Assembly (NCBI GenBank): GCA_026770705.1
Contig: JANJGN010000150.1
Location: 1,054,001-1,118,000, forward strand
Reading direction: 5' to 3'
Length of the DNA: 64,000 bases
Origin: Isurus oxyrinchus
Lineage: Eukaryota
Below are positions 40,353 to 52,300 of the stretch, one piece after another (positions within the stretch are counted from its first letter, which is position 1; the number at the start of each line of letters is the position of its first letter). The position numbers and the translations under genes are program-made. The notes below the pieces were generated by a model that searched no databases, was not told where the DNA came from, and saw only the letters and a program-made list of their open reading frames with translations.

Positions 40353-40398
40353 ATGGGAGAGGTCGGTCTGATATTGATCTTCATCAGCTTGCTGCAAG
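40353..40398 (+). CDS. Gene B signal peptide exon (coding part)
   Basis: aagATGG in good Kozak context; MGEVGLILIFISLLQ(G)|gtacaa, phase 1. The acceptor-like tttag at 40338 implies an upstream non-coding exon. Confidence 0.85.
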
Positions 40399-43300
40399 GT
40401 ACAAATTCATTACTGATCGGAACTCAGGGAATTGGATTCTTTCCTGGAGTGAGGAAGTGAACATTTAATTTTAGAGAACAGGGTTAGTGATCACACAGAG
40501 AGTGAGTGAATAGCGAGTCAGAGAATATAGCAAAAGAAAAAGACTCATACGGACTCGAAACGTCAACTCTGTTTCTCTCTCCACAGATGCTGTCAGACCT
40601 GCTGAGTTTTTCCAGCATTTTCTGTTTGTGCATCAGAGAGCTTGTTTCAATAGGAATGACAGTGCATTTATATAGCACCTTTAATGCAGTAAAACATCCT
40701 TATTGCGTCACAGGATTCCCCCACAAGGGGTAACATCCCCTCAGCATCCACCCTGTCAAACCCCCCACCACCTCAGAATCTTATATGTTTCAATAAGATC
40801 ACCTCTCATTCTTCTAAACTCCAATGGATACAGGGCCCAACCTGCTCAACATTTCCTCATAAGACAAACCCCCTTCATCCCAGGAATCAGCCCAGTGAAC
40901 CTCCTCTGAACTGCCTCCAATGCAGAGTCTATCCCTCCCTAAGTAAGGAGACCAGAACTGTACACACTGCTCCTGATACAATCTCACCAACGCCCTGTAC
41001 ATTTGTAGCAAGACTCCCCTCCTTTTATACTCCATCCCTTTGCAATAAAGGCCAACATTCCACTTGCCTTCCTCATTCCGTGCTGTTCCTGAATGCTGAC
41101 TTTCTGTGATTCATGTACAAGGACACCCAGATCCCTCTGTGTCACATTCTGTAGACTCTCTCCATTGAAGTAATATACTGCTTTTTGATGTCCTGTCCCC
41201 TCCCTTGTTGCCTTTCAGGAGTGACGTCAGAGGGATGGTCTATGAAGGCGCTGCCTCAGAGGGCCATCAGCAGCTCTTGTGTGGTTATTCCGTGTAGCTT
41301 TGACTTTCCTTCCCACTCTTACACAGCACTGCACGGAGCTTGGTATAAATATTGGTATAGATGGAAATATACCATCACATACACCAAAGATCCCAATTAT
41401 GGGATGGCCACATTCGTGGGACGTGCTAAAATAATCGGCGACTTGGAAGGGAAGAATTGTTCGGTGAGGATTGACAGTCTCAGAGCTGAAGATAGTGATG
41501 TGTATTACTTTTATGTGGATGTGGAGGGCTACACAGATCACACTTTTACAGAACCAGTCCAACTCCAGGTTCTTGGTAAGTCCCAGTTCCTTTCACACTC
41601 AGTCTCTCAGCACAAGGGGGTCATGTTCTCATCTCAGAGCCAGGCAGTCATGGGTTCAATTCCTGCTCCAGGAGATGTCAGAACAAAGTCCAGGATGTGA
41701 TCAGGCACAGTACTGAGGGAGTGCCGCACTGTCAGAGGGTCAGTATTGAGGGAGTGCTGCAGTGTCAAAGGATCAGTACTGAGGGAGTGCTGCACTGTCA
41801 GAGGTCAGTGAAAAGGGAGTGCTGCACTGTCAGAAGGTCAGTACTGAGGGAGTGCTGCAGTGTCGTATGGTCAGTACTGAGGGAGTGCTGCACTGTCAGA
41901 GGGTCAGTACTGAGGGAGTACTGCACTGTCAGAGGGTCAGTACCGAGGGGGTGCTGCACTGTTAGAGTGTCAATACTGAGGGGCTGCTGCACATTCAGAG
42001 AGTCAGTACTGATGGGGTGCTGCACTGTTGGAGGGTCAGTACTGAGGGAATGCTGCACTGTCAGAGGGTCAGTACTGAGGGAGTGCTGCACTGTCGAAGG
42101 GTAAGTACTGATGGAGTGCTGCACTGTCAGAAGATCAGTACTGAGTGAGTGCTGCACTGTCAGATGGTCAGTACTGAGGGAGTGCTGCACTGTCAGAAGG
42201 TCAGTACTGAGGGGGTGCCGCACAGTTAGAGTGTCAATACTGAGGGGGTGCTGCACTTTCAGAGAATCAGTACTGATGGGGTGCTGCACTGTTGGAGGGT
42301 CAGTACTGAGGGAGTGCTGCACTGTCAGAGGGTCAGTACTGAGGGAGTGCTGCACTGTCGAAGGGTCAGTACTGAGGGAGTGCTGCACTGTCAGAAGGTC
42401 AGTACTGAGGGAGTGCTGCATTGTCAGAAGGTCAGTACTGAGGGAGTGCTGCACTGTCGGATGGTCAGTACTGAGGGAGTGCTGCACTGTCAGAGGGTCA
42501 GTACTGAGGGAGTGCTGCACTGTCAGAGGGTCTGTACTGAGGTGGTGCTGCACTGTTAGAGTGTCAATACTGAGGGGGTGCTGCACTTTCAGAGAGTCAG
42601 TACTGATGGGGTGCTGCACTGTCGGAGGGTCAGTACTGAGGGAGTGCTGCACTGTCAGAGGGTCAGTACTGAGGGAGTACTGCACTATCAGAGTGTCAGT
42701 ACTGAGGGAGTGCTGCAGTGTCGGAGTGTCAGTACTGAGGGAGTTCTGCATGGTTGGGGGTCAGTGCTGCGTGAGTGCTCCACAGTCTGAGGATCATTGG
42801 CAAAGCAGTGGGTAGTGATAAGGAGAGATTGGGCACGAGAGGGGCAGGATCAGGGTGAGGTGGGCAGACACATAGCTGATGCATTTTAGTGCAGTGAAGT
42901 GTGAAGTGACGCACTTTGTCAGGATGAATACAGAAAGATATTGGACACGAACAATTTGGACAAGTGTTGGACAATAGAGACCTGGGTGTCTCTCTGCACA
43001 CATTCTGAAAAATTAAAGGGCAACTTGTTGAGGGGATTAAGAAAGCAAATATTTTCCTTGTGTTAACAGACTGAGGAACCGAGTTAAAAGCAAAGAGATC
43101 ATGCAGGAACTTTATAAATCACTGGTTAGAACTCAGCTGGAATATTGTTCAGAACGCTGGGCCTCCACACTTCAGGAAAGATGTAAGAGCTTCAGAAAGG
43201 GTGTCAAAGAGGACAAAACAGTAAAAACTGGGACATAAGAGTCCTGCTCGAAACTGGTCTTGTATAGCTTAACATATAACACCAGTAAAACTGGGAAATA

Positions 43301-46300
43301 AGAGTCCTGGTCCAAACTGGTCTTGTATAGCTTCATATAGAACACCAGTAAAACTGGGAAATAAGAGTCCTGGTCTGAGCTGTTTTTTTGCTTCTGGGTG
43401 GAGAGGAGATTGAGCAGAATGGGTCCAGGGATGAGGGATTTTAGCTACAAGGTTGGGTTGGAGAAGCTGGGGTTGTTCTCCTTGGAGCAAAGGAGATTGA
43501 GGGGGGATCTGATCGAGGTGTACAAGATGATGATGGGTTTAGATAAGGTAGACAAAGAGAAGCTGTTGCCATTAGCTGATGGGACAAGGACTGGGGGACA
43601 CAGATTGAAGGTTGTGGGAAGAGGGGGGATGTGAGGAGGAACTTTTTTACACAGCGAGTGGTAATGAGCTGGAAATCGCTGCCTACGAGGATGGTGGAAG
43701 TGGAGACGATGGGCGATTTCAAAATGAAATTGGACGGACACTTGAGGGAAATAAATTCGCAGGGATACGGGGATAGAGGAGGGGGAATGGGACTGACTGG
43801 ATTGGTCTACAGAGTGACAGCATGGACTCGATGGGCTGAATGGCCTCCTTCTGTGTTCTGAGTGTCTGTGACCCTATTGAAAAATCAAAGGACAAATCAA
43901 ATCTCTTTTCTACTTGTCTGTTAACATCTGGAACTTTCTATTACAGATGTTCCAGATAAGCCAGTTATTGTGCTCCTGAAGGATTTACAGGAGGGGACTC
44001 CTGCACATATCATCTGTAAATGCCTCGACACCTGCCCTGATAACCACCCCAATCTAACCTGGAGTGAATTGCTGACTTCCTCGGTCAGCACCATCACAGA
44101 GAACGGTGGTGAGGTTTCTGCTCTACTGACCTTTAACCCTTCGTTCAAGCATCATGGACGAACTCTCCGCTGTACCTGTGACTACCCTCAAACCAGCCAT
44201 CGAGTGGTCAACTCAGTTACTCTGAGTGTAAAGTGTAAGTATTGGTTAGAACATCCTGCTTGTGATGGAGGGGGAGTCAGTCTCCTATTAAATCAGGCAT
44301 TGGAGAAGGTGCAAGTGGGATTGACATGGATGATCTCCGAACTGAGAGGTTATAACTAACAGGAAAGACTGAACAAGCTGGTATTCTTGTCTCTAGAAAA
44401 GAGAAGGCTGAGGGGGTGACCTGATCGAGGTCCTTAAAATGATGAAACGGTTTCGATAGGGTAGATGTAGAGAAGATGTTTCCACTTGTTGGAGCGAGGC
44501 CAGAACTAGGATCCATCAATATAAGATAATCATTAATAAATCCAGTGGGGAATTCAGGAGAAACTTCTTTACCCAGAGAGTGGGGAGAATGTGGAAGTCG
44601 CTCCCACAGGGAGTGGTAAAGGTGAATAGTATCGATGTATTTAAGGGATAAACACATGAGGGAGAAAGTAAGAAAAGGTTATGGGGATGGGGTGAGATAG
44701 CCACTTGTAGACTCGCTGTAATTCTGTGTAACATCATCTGCTGGTGAGGAACACAGTGCAGTTTGTACAGGTGCTAGTGTTGGAGCTGTATCCAGTCCAT
44801 GATTCAAAACAGACCCTATCCCAATCTGGATGTTACACCTCATCAGTTCACTCTTTTTTTCATTCTTTTCTGGGATGTGGCCATTACTGGCTGGGGCCAG
44901 CATTTATCACCCATTCCTAATTGTCCCTTTGGAAGGTGGTGGTGAGCTGACTTCTGGGACTGCTGCACAGCATGTAGTGAAGGTGCACCAAAAGTGCTTC
45001 CTGGAGAGTGTTCTAGGATTTTGACCCAGAAACAATGAAGTAACAGTGAAATCGTTCCAAGTCAGGATGGTGTGTGGCTTGGAGGGGAACTTACAGGTGG
45101 TGATGTTCCCATGTATCTGCTGCCCTTGTCCTTATAGGTTTCAGAGGTCATGCGTTGGAAGGTGCTGTCTTAAGAGCCTTGGTGAGTTGCTGCAGTGCAT
45201 CTTGTAGATGGTATACATTGCTGATAATGTGCGTCATTGGTGGAGGGAGTGAATGTTGAAGATGGTGGTTGGGATGCCGATCAATTGGGCTTTGTCCTGG
45301 ATGGTGTCGAGTTTCTTGGGTGTGTTGGAGCAGCACTCATCCTGGCAACTGGAGAGAATTCCATCACACTCCTGACTTTAGCTCAGTGTTTAATGTGTTG
45401 ATAATTTTGTATTTGAAAGATTCTCCTCACAACACGTCTGTCAGGCTGACACGGGAAAAAGGAAAGATGATTTCTCTAAGTTGTTCCAGTGACGGGAATC
45501 CAGCAGTCCACAATTTCACCTGGTTTAAGATCTCCCAAGGCAAGGCGACAAATCTGGTGCTCACTGGTCAAACTATTACAGTTCCTTATGGATTCGATGA
45601 GGAAATCTCCTACTACTGTGAAGCAACAAGTATCCTGGGCAGTTCCCAGTCTCTGCCCATTAAAATTCCCACTGAATGTGAGTACTTTTTTTATTCATAC
45701 ATGCGATGAAGGTGTCACTGGCTAGACCAACATTTATTGCCCATCCCAAATTATACTGGAACAGAGAGGCTTAGTGGGCCATTTCAGAGGATATTGAGGA
45801 GTCAACCACGTTGCTGTGGGTCTGGAGTCACATGTAAGGCCAGACCAGGTAAGGACAGCAGATTTACCTCCCTAAAGGACATTAGTGAACCAGATGGGGT
45901 TTTAACGACAATTGGCAATGTTTTCATGGTCAACAATAGACTTTCAATTACAGATTCTCATTGAATTGGTTGGAAAGTGGACATTTGAACACTATGGCCA
46001 CAATTTGTCCACAATTATCTGTTGCCAGCCAATCAGCACCCTCTTCTCATGCAGTATAATTTGTTCTCCCTTTGAGATTTGGTAATCTTGCAATTCTGTC
46101 CTGATGAGTGAAAGATGAAAAGCTTTGACAGAATGTCTCCTTTTTCACCAATGCTCAGGTTCTGTCCTGCCAAGTGACTGTAAACATCGTCTTCTGTAAA
46201 TCAAAATCCTGAATACACTCGTAAATGACTAACATATCATTCCTGGTACACAAATCAGAGAAAGTTAGAATGCAGGTGCAGCATGTGGTTAGGAAGGCAA

Positions 46301-49300
46301 ATGAAACATTGGTGTTTATTGCAAGGGAGATTGAGTGTAAAAGTAGAGACGCATGTTACAACTGTACAGGCTATTGGTGAGACTGCATCACGAGTACTGT
46401 GTACAGTCCTGGCTTCTGACATAGAAAAGATGGGCCGAATGCGCAGCTGTAGACTATCTTTAATTCTGTGTAACATTATCTGCTGGTGGGTAATACAGTG
46501 CAGTTTGTACGTGTGCTAGTGTTGGAGCTGTATGCAGTCCATGATTATATAAAGAGACTATTCAAATCTAGAGTTTAAACCACATGAGTTTGCCCATATT
46601 TAATTCATTTGCTGATATGGGCAACATTTATTGCCCATCCCTAATTACCCCTTGAGACATTGTCTTGAACCGCTTCACTACATGTGCTGTAGGTACACCC
46701 ACAGCAATGTTAGGCAGGGAGTTCCAGGATTTTGTCCCAGTGATAGTGAAGGAACAGCAATAGATTTCCAAGTCAAGGTGGTGTGTGGATTGGAGGAGAA
46801 CTTGCAGGTGGTGGTGTTCCCATGAGTCTGCTGCCCTTGTCCTTCTAGATGTTAGAGGTCACAGGTTTGGAAGGTGCTGCTTAAGGAGCCTTGGTGAGCA
46901 GTTGCAGTGCATCTTGTAGATGGTACACACTGCTGCTACTGTGCGTCGGTGGTGGAGGGAGTGAATGATGAAGTTGATGGGTGGGATGCCAGTCAAGTGG
47001 GCTGCTTTGTCCTGGATGGTGTCGAGCTTCCTGAGTGTTGTTGGAGCTGCACTCATCCCGGCAACTGGAGAGAGTTCCATCACACTCCTGACTTTAGCTC
47101 AGTGGTTAATGTGTTGATAATTTTGGATTTGAAAGCATCTCCTCACAACATGTCTGTCAGGCTGACACTGGAAAAAGGAAAGAATATTTGAAGAGCTTTG
47201 ATAGAATGTCTCCTTTCACACCAATGCTCAGGTTCTGTGCTGCCAAGTGACTGTAAACATCGTCTTCTGTAAATCAGAATCCTGAAAACTCTCTCCAATG
47301 ACTAACACATCATTCCTGGTACACGAATCATAGAAAGTTAGTATGCAGGTGCAGCAAGTGGTTAGGAAGGCAAATGGAACGTTGGTGTTTATTGCAAGGG
47401 AGCTCGCGTGTAAAAGTAGGGACACATGTAACAACTGTACAGGCTCTTGGTGAGACTGCATCACGAGTACTGTGTACAGTCTTGGCTTCTGACATAGAAA
47501 AGATGTGCCGAATGTGCAGCTGTAGACTACCTGTAATTCTGTGTAACATTACCTGCTGGTGATGAATACAGTGCAGTTTGTACATGTGCTAGTGTTGGAG
47601 CTGTATCCAGTCCATGATTATATAAAGAGACTATTCAAATCTAGACTTTAAACCTCATGAGTTTGCCCATATTTAGTTCATTCACAGGATGTGGGAGCTG
47701 CTGATATGGGCGACATTAATTGCCCATCCCTAATTACCCCTTGTCCTGACCTGCTGCAGTCCACATGCTGTACGTATATCCACAGTGCTGTTAGGGAGGG
47801 AGTTCCAGGATTTTGACCCAGCGATAGTGAAGGAACGGCCGATATATTTCCAATTCAAGATGGTGAGAGGCTTGGTGGGGAACTTGCAGGTGGCGTTGTT
47901 CCCATTTTCCTGCTGCCCTTGTACTTCTAGGTGTTAGGGATTGGAAGGTGCTGCTCAAGGAGCCTAGGTGTGCTGTTACATTGCATCTTGTAGACGGTAC
48001 ACACTGCTACCACTGTGCATTCATGGTGGAGGGAGTGAATGTTGAAGATGGTGGGTGGGATGCCGTTCAAGTGGGCTGCTTTGTCCTGGATGGTGTCCAG
48101 CTTCATGAGTGTTGCAGGAGCTGCACTCATCCCGGCAAATGGAGAGTGTTCCATCACACTCCTGACTTTAGCTCAGTGGTTAATGTGTTGATAATTTTGT
48201 ATTTGAAAGATTCTCCTCACAATACGTCTGTCAGGCTGACACGGGAAAAAGGAAAGGTGATTTCTCTAAGTTGTTCCAGTGACGGGAATCCAGCAGTCCA
48301 CAATTTCACCTGGTTTAAGATCTCCCAAGGAAAGGTGACGAAACTGGTGCTCGCTGGTCAAACTATTACAGTTCCTTATGGATTCGATGAGGAAATCTCC
48401 TACTACTGTGAAGCAACAAGTATCCTGGGCAGTTCCCAGTCTCTGCCCATTAGAATTCCCACTGAATGTGAGTACTTTTTTTATTCGTTCATGGGATGAA
48501 GATCTCACTAGCTAGACCAACATTTATTGCCCATCCCAAATTACCCTGGAACTGAATGGCTTGCTGGGCCATTTCAGAGGTCATTGAAGAGTCAACCACA
48601 TCTCTGTGGGTCTGGACCTGCATGCAGGCCAGACCAGGTAAGGACGGCAGATTTCCCTCCCTAAAGGACATTAGTGACCCTGATGGGTTTTTAATGACAA
48701 TCGGTAATGTTTTCATGGTCATCGTTAGAAATTCAATTCCAGGTCCTAATTGAATTGGTTGGCAAGTGGACATTTGACACTTTATCCACAATTTGCCCTC
48801 AATTATCTGCTTTCCAGGCAATCAGCACCACCTCCTCATGCAATCTCGATTGTTGTTCCCTTTGAGATTTGGTATTCTTGCAATTCTGTCCTGATGAGTG
48901 AAAAATGAAAAGCTTTGACAGAATGTCTCCTTTCTCACCAACGCTCAAATTTTTTACTGCCAAGTGACTATAAATATCTTCTTCTGTAAATTCTCCTGAA
49001 TGCTCTCCCAATTGACTAATATATAATTTCTGGTACATGAAACATAGAAGGTTCGTATGCAGGTGCAGCAAGTGTTTAGGAAGGCAAATGGAATGTTGGT
49101 GTTTATTGCAAGGGATATTAAGTAAAAGTATTAGGGATGTAGGGTGGAGGTGTACAGGTTCTTTTTGAGACTGCATCAGGAGTACTGTGTATAGTCTTGG
49201 CTTCTGACATAGAAAAGATGGGCTGAATGCGCAGTTGTAGACTACCTGTAATACTGTGTAACATTATCTGCTGGTGAGGAATACAGTGCAGTTTGTACTT

Positions 49301-52300
49301 GTGCTAGTGTTGGAGCTGTATCCAGTCCATGATTATATAAAGAGACTATTCAAATCTAGATTTTAAACCTCATGAGTTTGCCCATATTTAATTCATTTGA
49401 TGATATGGGCAACATTTATTAGCCATCCTTAATTACCCCATGAGCCACTGTATTCAACTGCTGCAGTCCATGTGCTGTAGGTACACCCACAGCAATGTTA
49501 GGGAGGGAGTTCCAGGATTTTGACCCAGTGACAGTGAAGGAATGGCGATAGATTTCCAAGTCAGGATGGTGAGTGGCTTGCAGGGGATCTTGCAGGTGGC
49601 ATTGTTCCTACCTATCTGCTCCCCTTGTCCTACTTGATGTTAGGGTTTGGAAGGTGCTGTTCAAGGAGCCTTGGTGAGCTGTTGCAGTGCATCTTGTAGA
49701 TGGTACACACTGCTGCCACTGTGCACCAGGGAGTGAATGTTGACTATGGTGGGTGGGGTACCGTTCAAGTGGGATGCTTTGTCCTGGATGGTGTCGAGCT
49801 TCCTGAGTGTTGCTGGAGCCGCACTCATCCCGGCAACTGGAGAGTGTTCCATCACACTCCTGACTTTAGCTCAGTGGTTAATGTGTTGATAATTTTGGAT
49901 TTGAAAGATTCTCCTCATAACACGTCTGTCAGGATGACACTGGAAAAAAGGAAAGATGATTTCTCTAAGTTGTTCCAGTGACGGGAATCCACCAATCCAC
50001 AATTTCACCTGGTTTAAGAGCTCCCAAGGAAAAGTGATGAATTTGGTGCTCGCTGGTCAAACTATTACAGTTCCTTCTGGATTTGATGAGGAAATCTCCT
50101 ACTACTGTGAAGCAACAAGTATCCTGGGCAGTTCCCAGTCTCTGCCCATTAGAACTCCCACAGAATGTGAGTAATTTTTTTATTCGTTCATGGGATGGAG
50201 GTGTCACTGACTAGACCAACATTTATTGCCCATCCCAAGTTACCCTGGAACAGAGTGGCTTGGTGGGCCATTTCAGAGGGTATTGAAGAATCAACCACAT
50301 TGCTGCAGTCACAGGTACGCCAGAGCAGGTAAGGACAGCAGATTTCCCTCCCTAAAGGACATTAGTGACCAAGATGGGGTTTTAATGACAATCAGCACTG
50401 TTTTCATGGTCATCATTAGACTTTCAATTCCAGATTCTAATTGAATTGGTTGGCAAGTGGACATTTGACCACTTTGGCCACAATTGGTCCACAATTATCT
50501 GTTGCCAGCTAATCAGCACCCTCTTCTCATGCAGTATCAATTGTTGTTTCCTTTGAGATTTGGTATTCTGGCAATTCTGTCCTGATGAGTGAAAGATGAA
50601 AAGCTTTGACAGAATGTCTCCTTTCTCACCAATGCTCAGGTTCTGTGCTGCCAAGTGATTGTAAACATCATCTTCTGTAAATCAGAATCCTGAATACTCT
50701 CTCCAATGACTAACACATCATTCCTGGTACAAGAATCATAGAAAGTTAGTATGCAGGTGCAGCAAGTGGTTAGGAAGGCAAATGGAACGTTGCTGTTTAT
50801 TGTAAGGGAGCTCGCGTGTAAAAGTAGGGACGCATGTTACAACTGTACAGGCTCTGGGTGAGTCTGCATCACGAGTACTGTGTACAGTCTTTGATTCTGA
50901 CATAGAAAAGATGGGCCAAATGTGCAGCTGAAGGCTACCTGTAATACTGGGTAATGTTATCTGCTGGTGAGGAATACAGTGCAGTTTCTACTTGTGCTAG
51001 TGTTGGAGCTGTATCCAGTCCATGATTATATAAAGAGACTATTCAAATCTCGATTTTACACCTCATGAGTTTGCCCATATTTAATTCATTCACAGGATGT
51101 GGGAGCTGCTGATATGGGTAACATTTATTGCCTATCCTTAATTACCCCTTGTCCTGACCTGCTGCAGTCCATGTGCTGTACGTATACCCACAGTGCTGTT
51201 AGGGAAGGGGTTCCAGGATTTTGACCCAGCGATAGTGAAGGAACGGCCGATACATTTCCAATTCAGGATGGTGAGAGGCTTGGCGGGGAACTTGCAGGTG
51301 GCATTGTTCCCATTTTTCTGCTGCCCTTGTTCTTCTGGTATTAAGGAATGGAAGGTGCTGTTCAAGGAGCCTTGGGGAGCTGTTGCAGTGCATCTTGTAG
51401 ATGGTACACACTGGACATTCATGGTGGAGAGAGTGAATGTTGTAGATTGTGGGTGGGATGACGTTCAAGTGGGCTGTTTGTCCTGGATGGTGTCGAGCTT
51501 CCTGAGTGTTGCTGGAGCCGCACTCATCCAGGCAACTGGAGAGTGTTCCATCACACTCCTGACTTTAACTCAGTTATTAATGTGTTGATAATTTTGTATT
51601 TGAAAGATTCTCCTCACAACACGTCTGTCAGGATGACACTGGAAAAAGGAAAGATGATTTCTCTAAGTTGTTCCAGTGAAGGGAATGCAGTAGTCCACAA
51701 TTTCACCTGGTTTAAAATCTCACAAAGAAAAGTGACGAATCTGGCACTCGCTGGTCAAACTATTACAGTTCCTTATGGATTTGAAGAGCAAATCTCCTAC
51801 TACTGTGAAGCAACAAGCATCCTGGGCAGTTCCCAGTCTCTGCCCATTAGAATTCCCTCTGAATGTGAGTACTTTTCTTCATTTGTTCATGGGATGGAGG
51901 TGTCACTGGCTAGACCAACATTTATTGCCCATCCCAAATTACCCTGGAACTGAATGGCTTGCTGGGCCATTACAGAGTGTATTGAAGAGTCAACCACATC
52001 TCTGTGGGTCTGGACTTGCATGTAGGCCAGACCAGGTAAGGACAGCAAATTTCCCTCCCTAAAGAACATTAGTGACCCAGATAGGTTTTTAACGACAATT
52101 GGTAATGTTTTCATGGTCATCGTTAGAATGTCAATTCCAGATTCTCATTGAATTGGTTGGCAAGTGGGCATTTGACACTTTATCCACAATTTGTCCACAA
52201 TTATCTGCTTGCCAGCTAATCAGCACATTCTCCTCATGCAGTATCAATTGTTGTTCCCTTTCAGATTTGGTATTCTTGCAATTCTGATGAGTGAAAGATG

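Noticed and set aside
40535-40630. gactcatacggactcGAAACgtc: 3' half of a Penelope-type hammerhead
   Set aside because: The CUGANGA box and the 5' strand of stem I are missing; at best a dead fragment.
43220-43378. Three ~56-bp direct repeats; also small duplications at about 29567/29750 and 56933-57000
   Set aside because: Ordinary local slippage duplications with no further structure.
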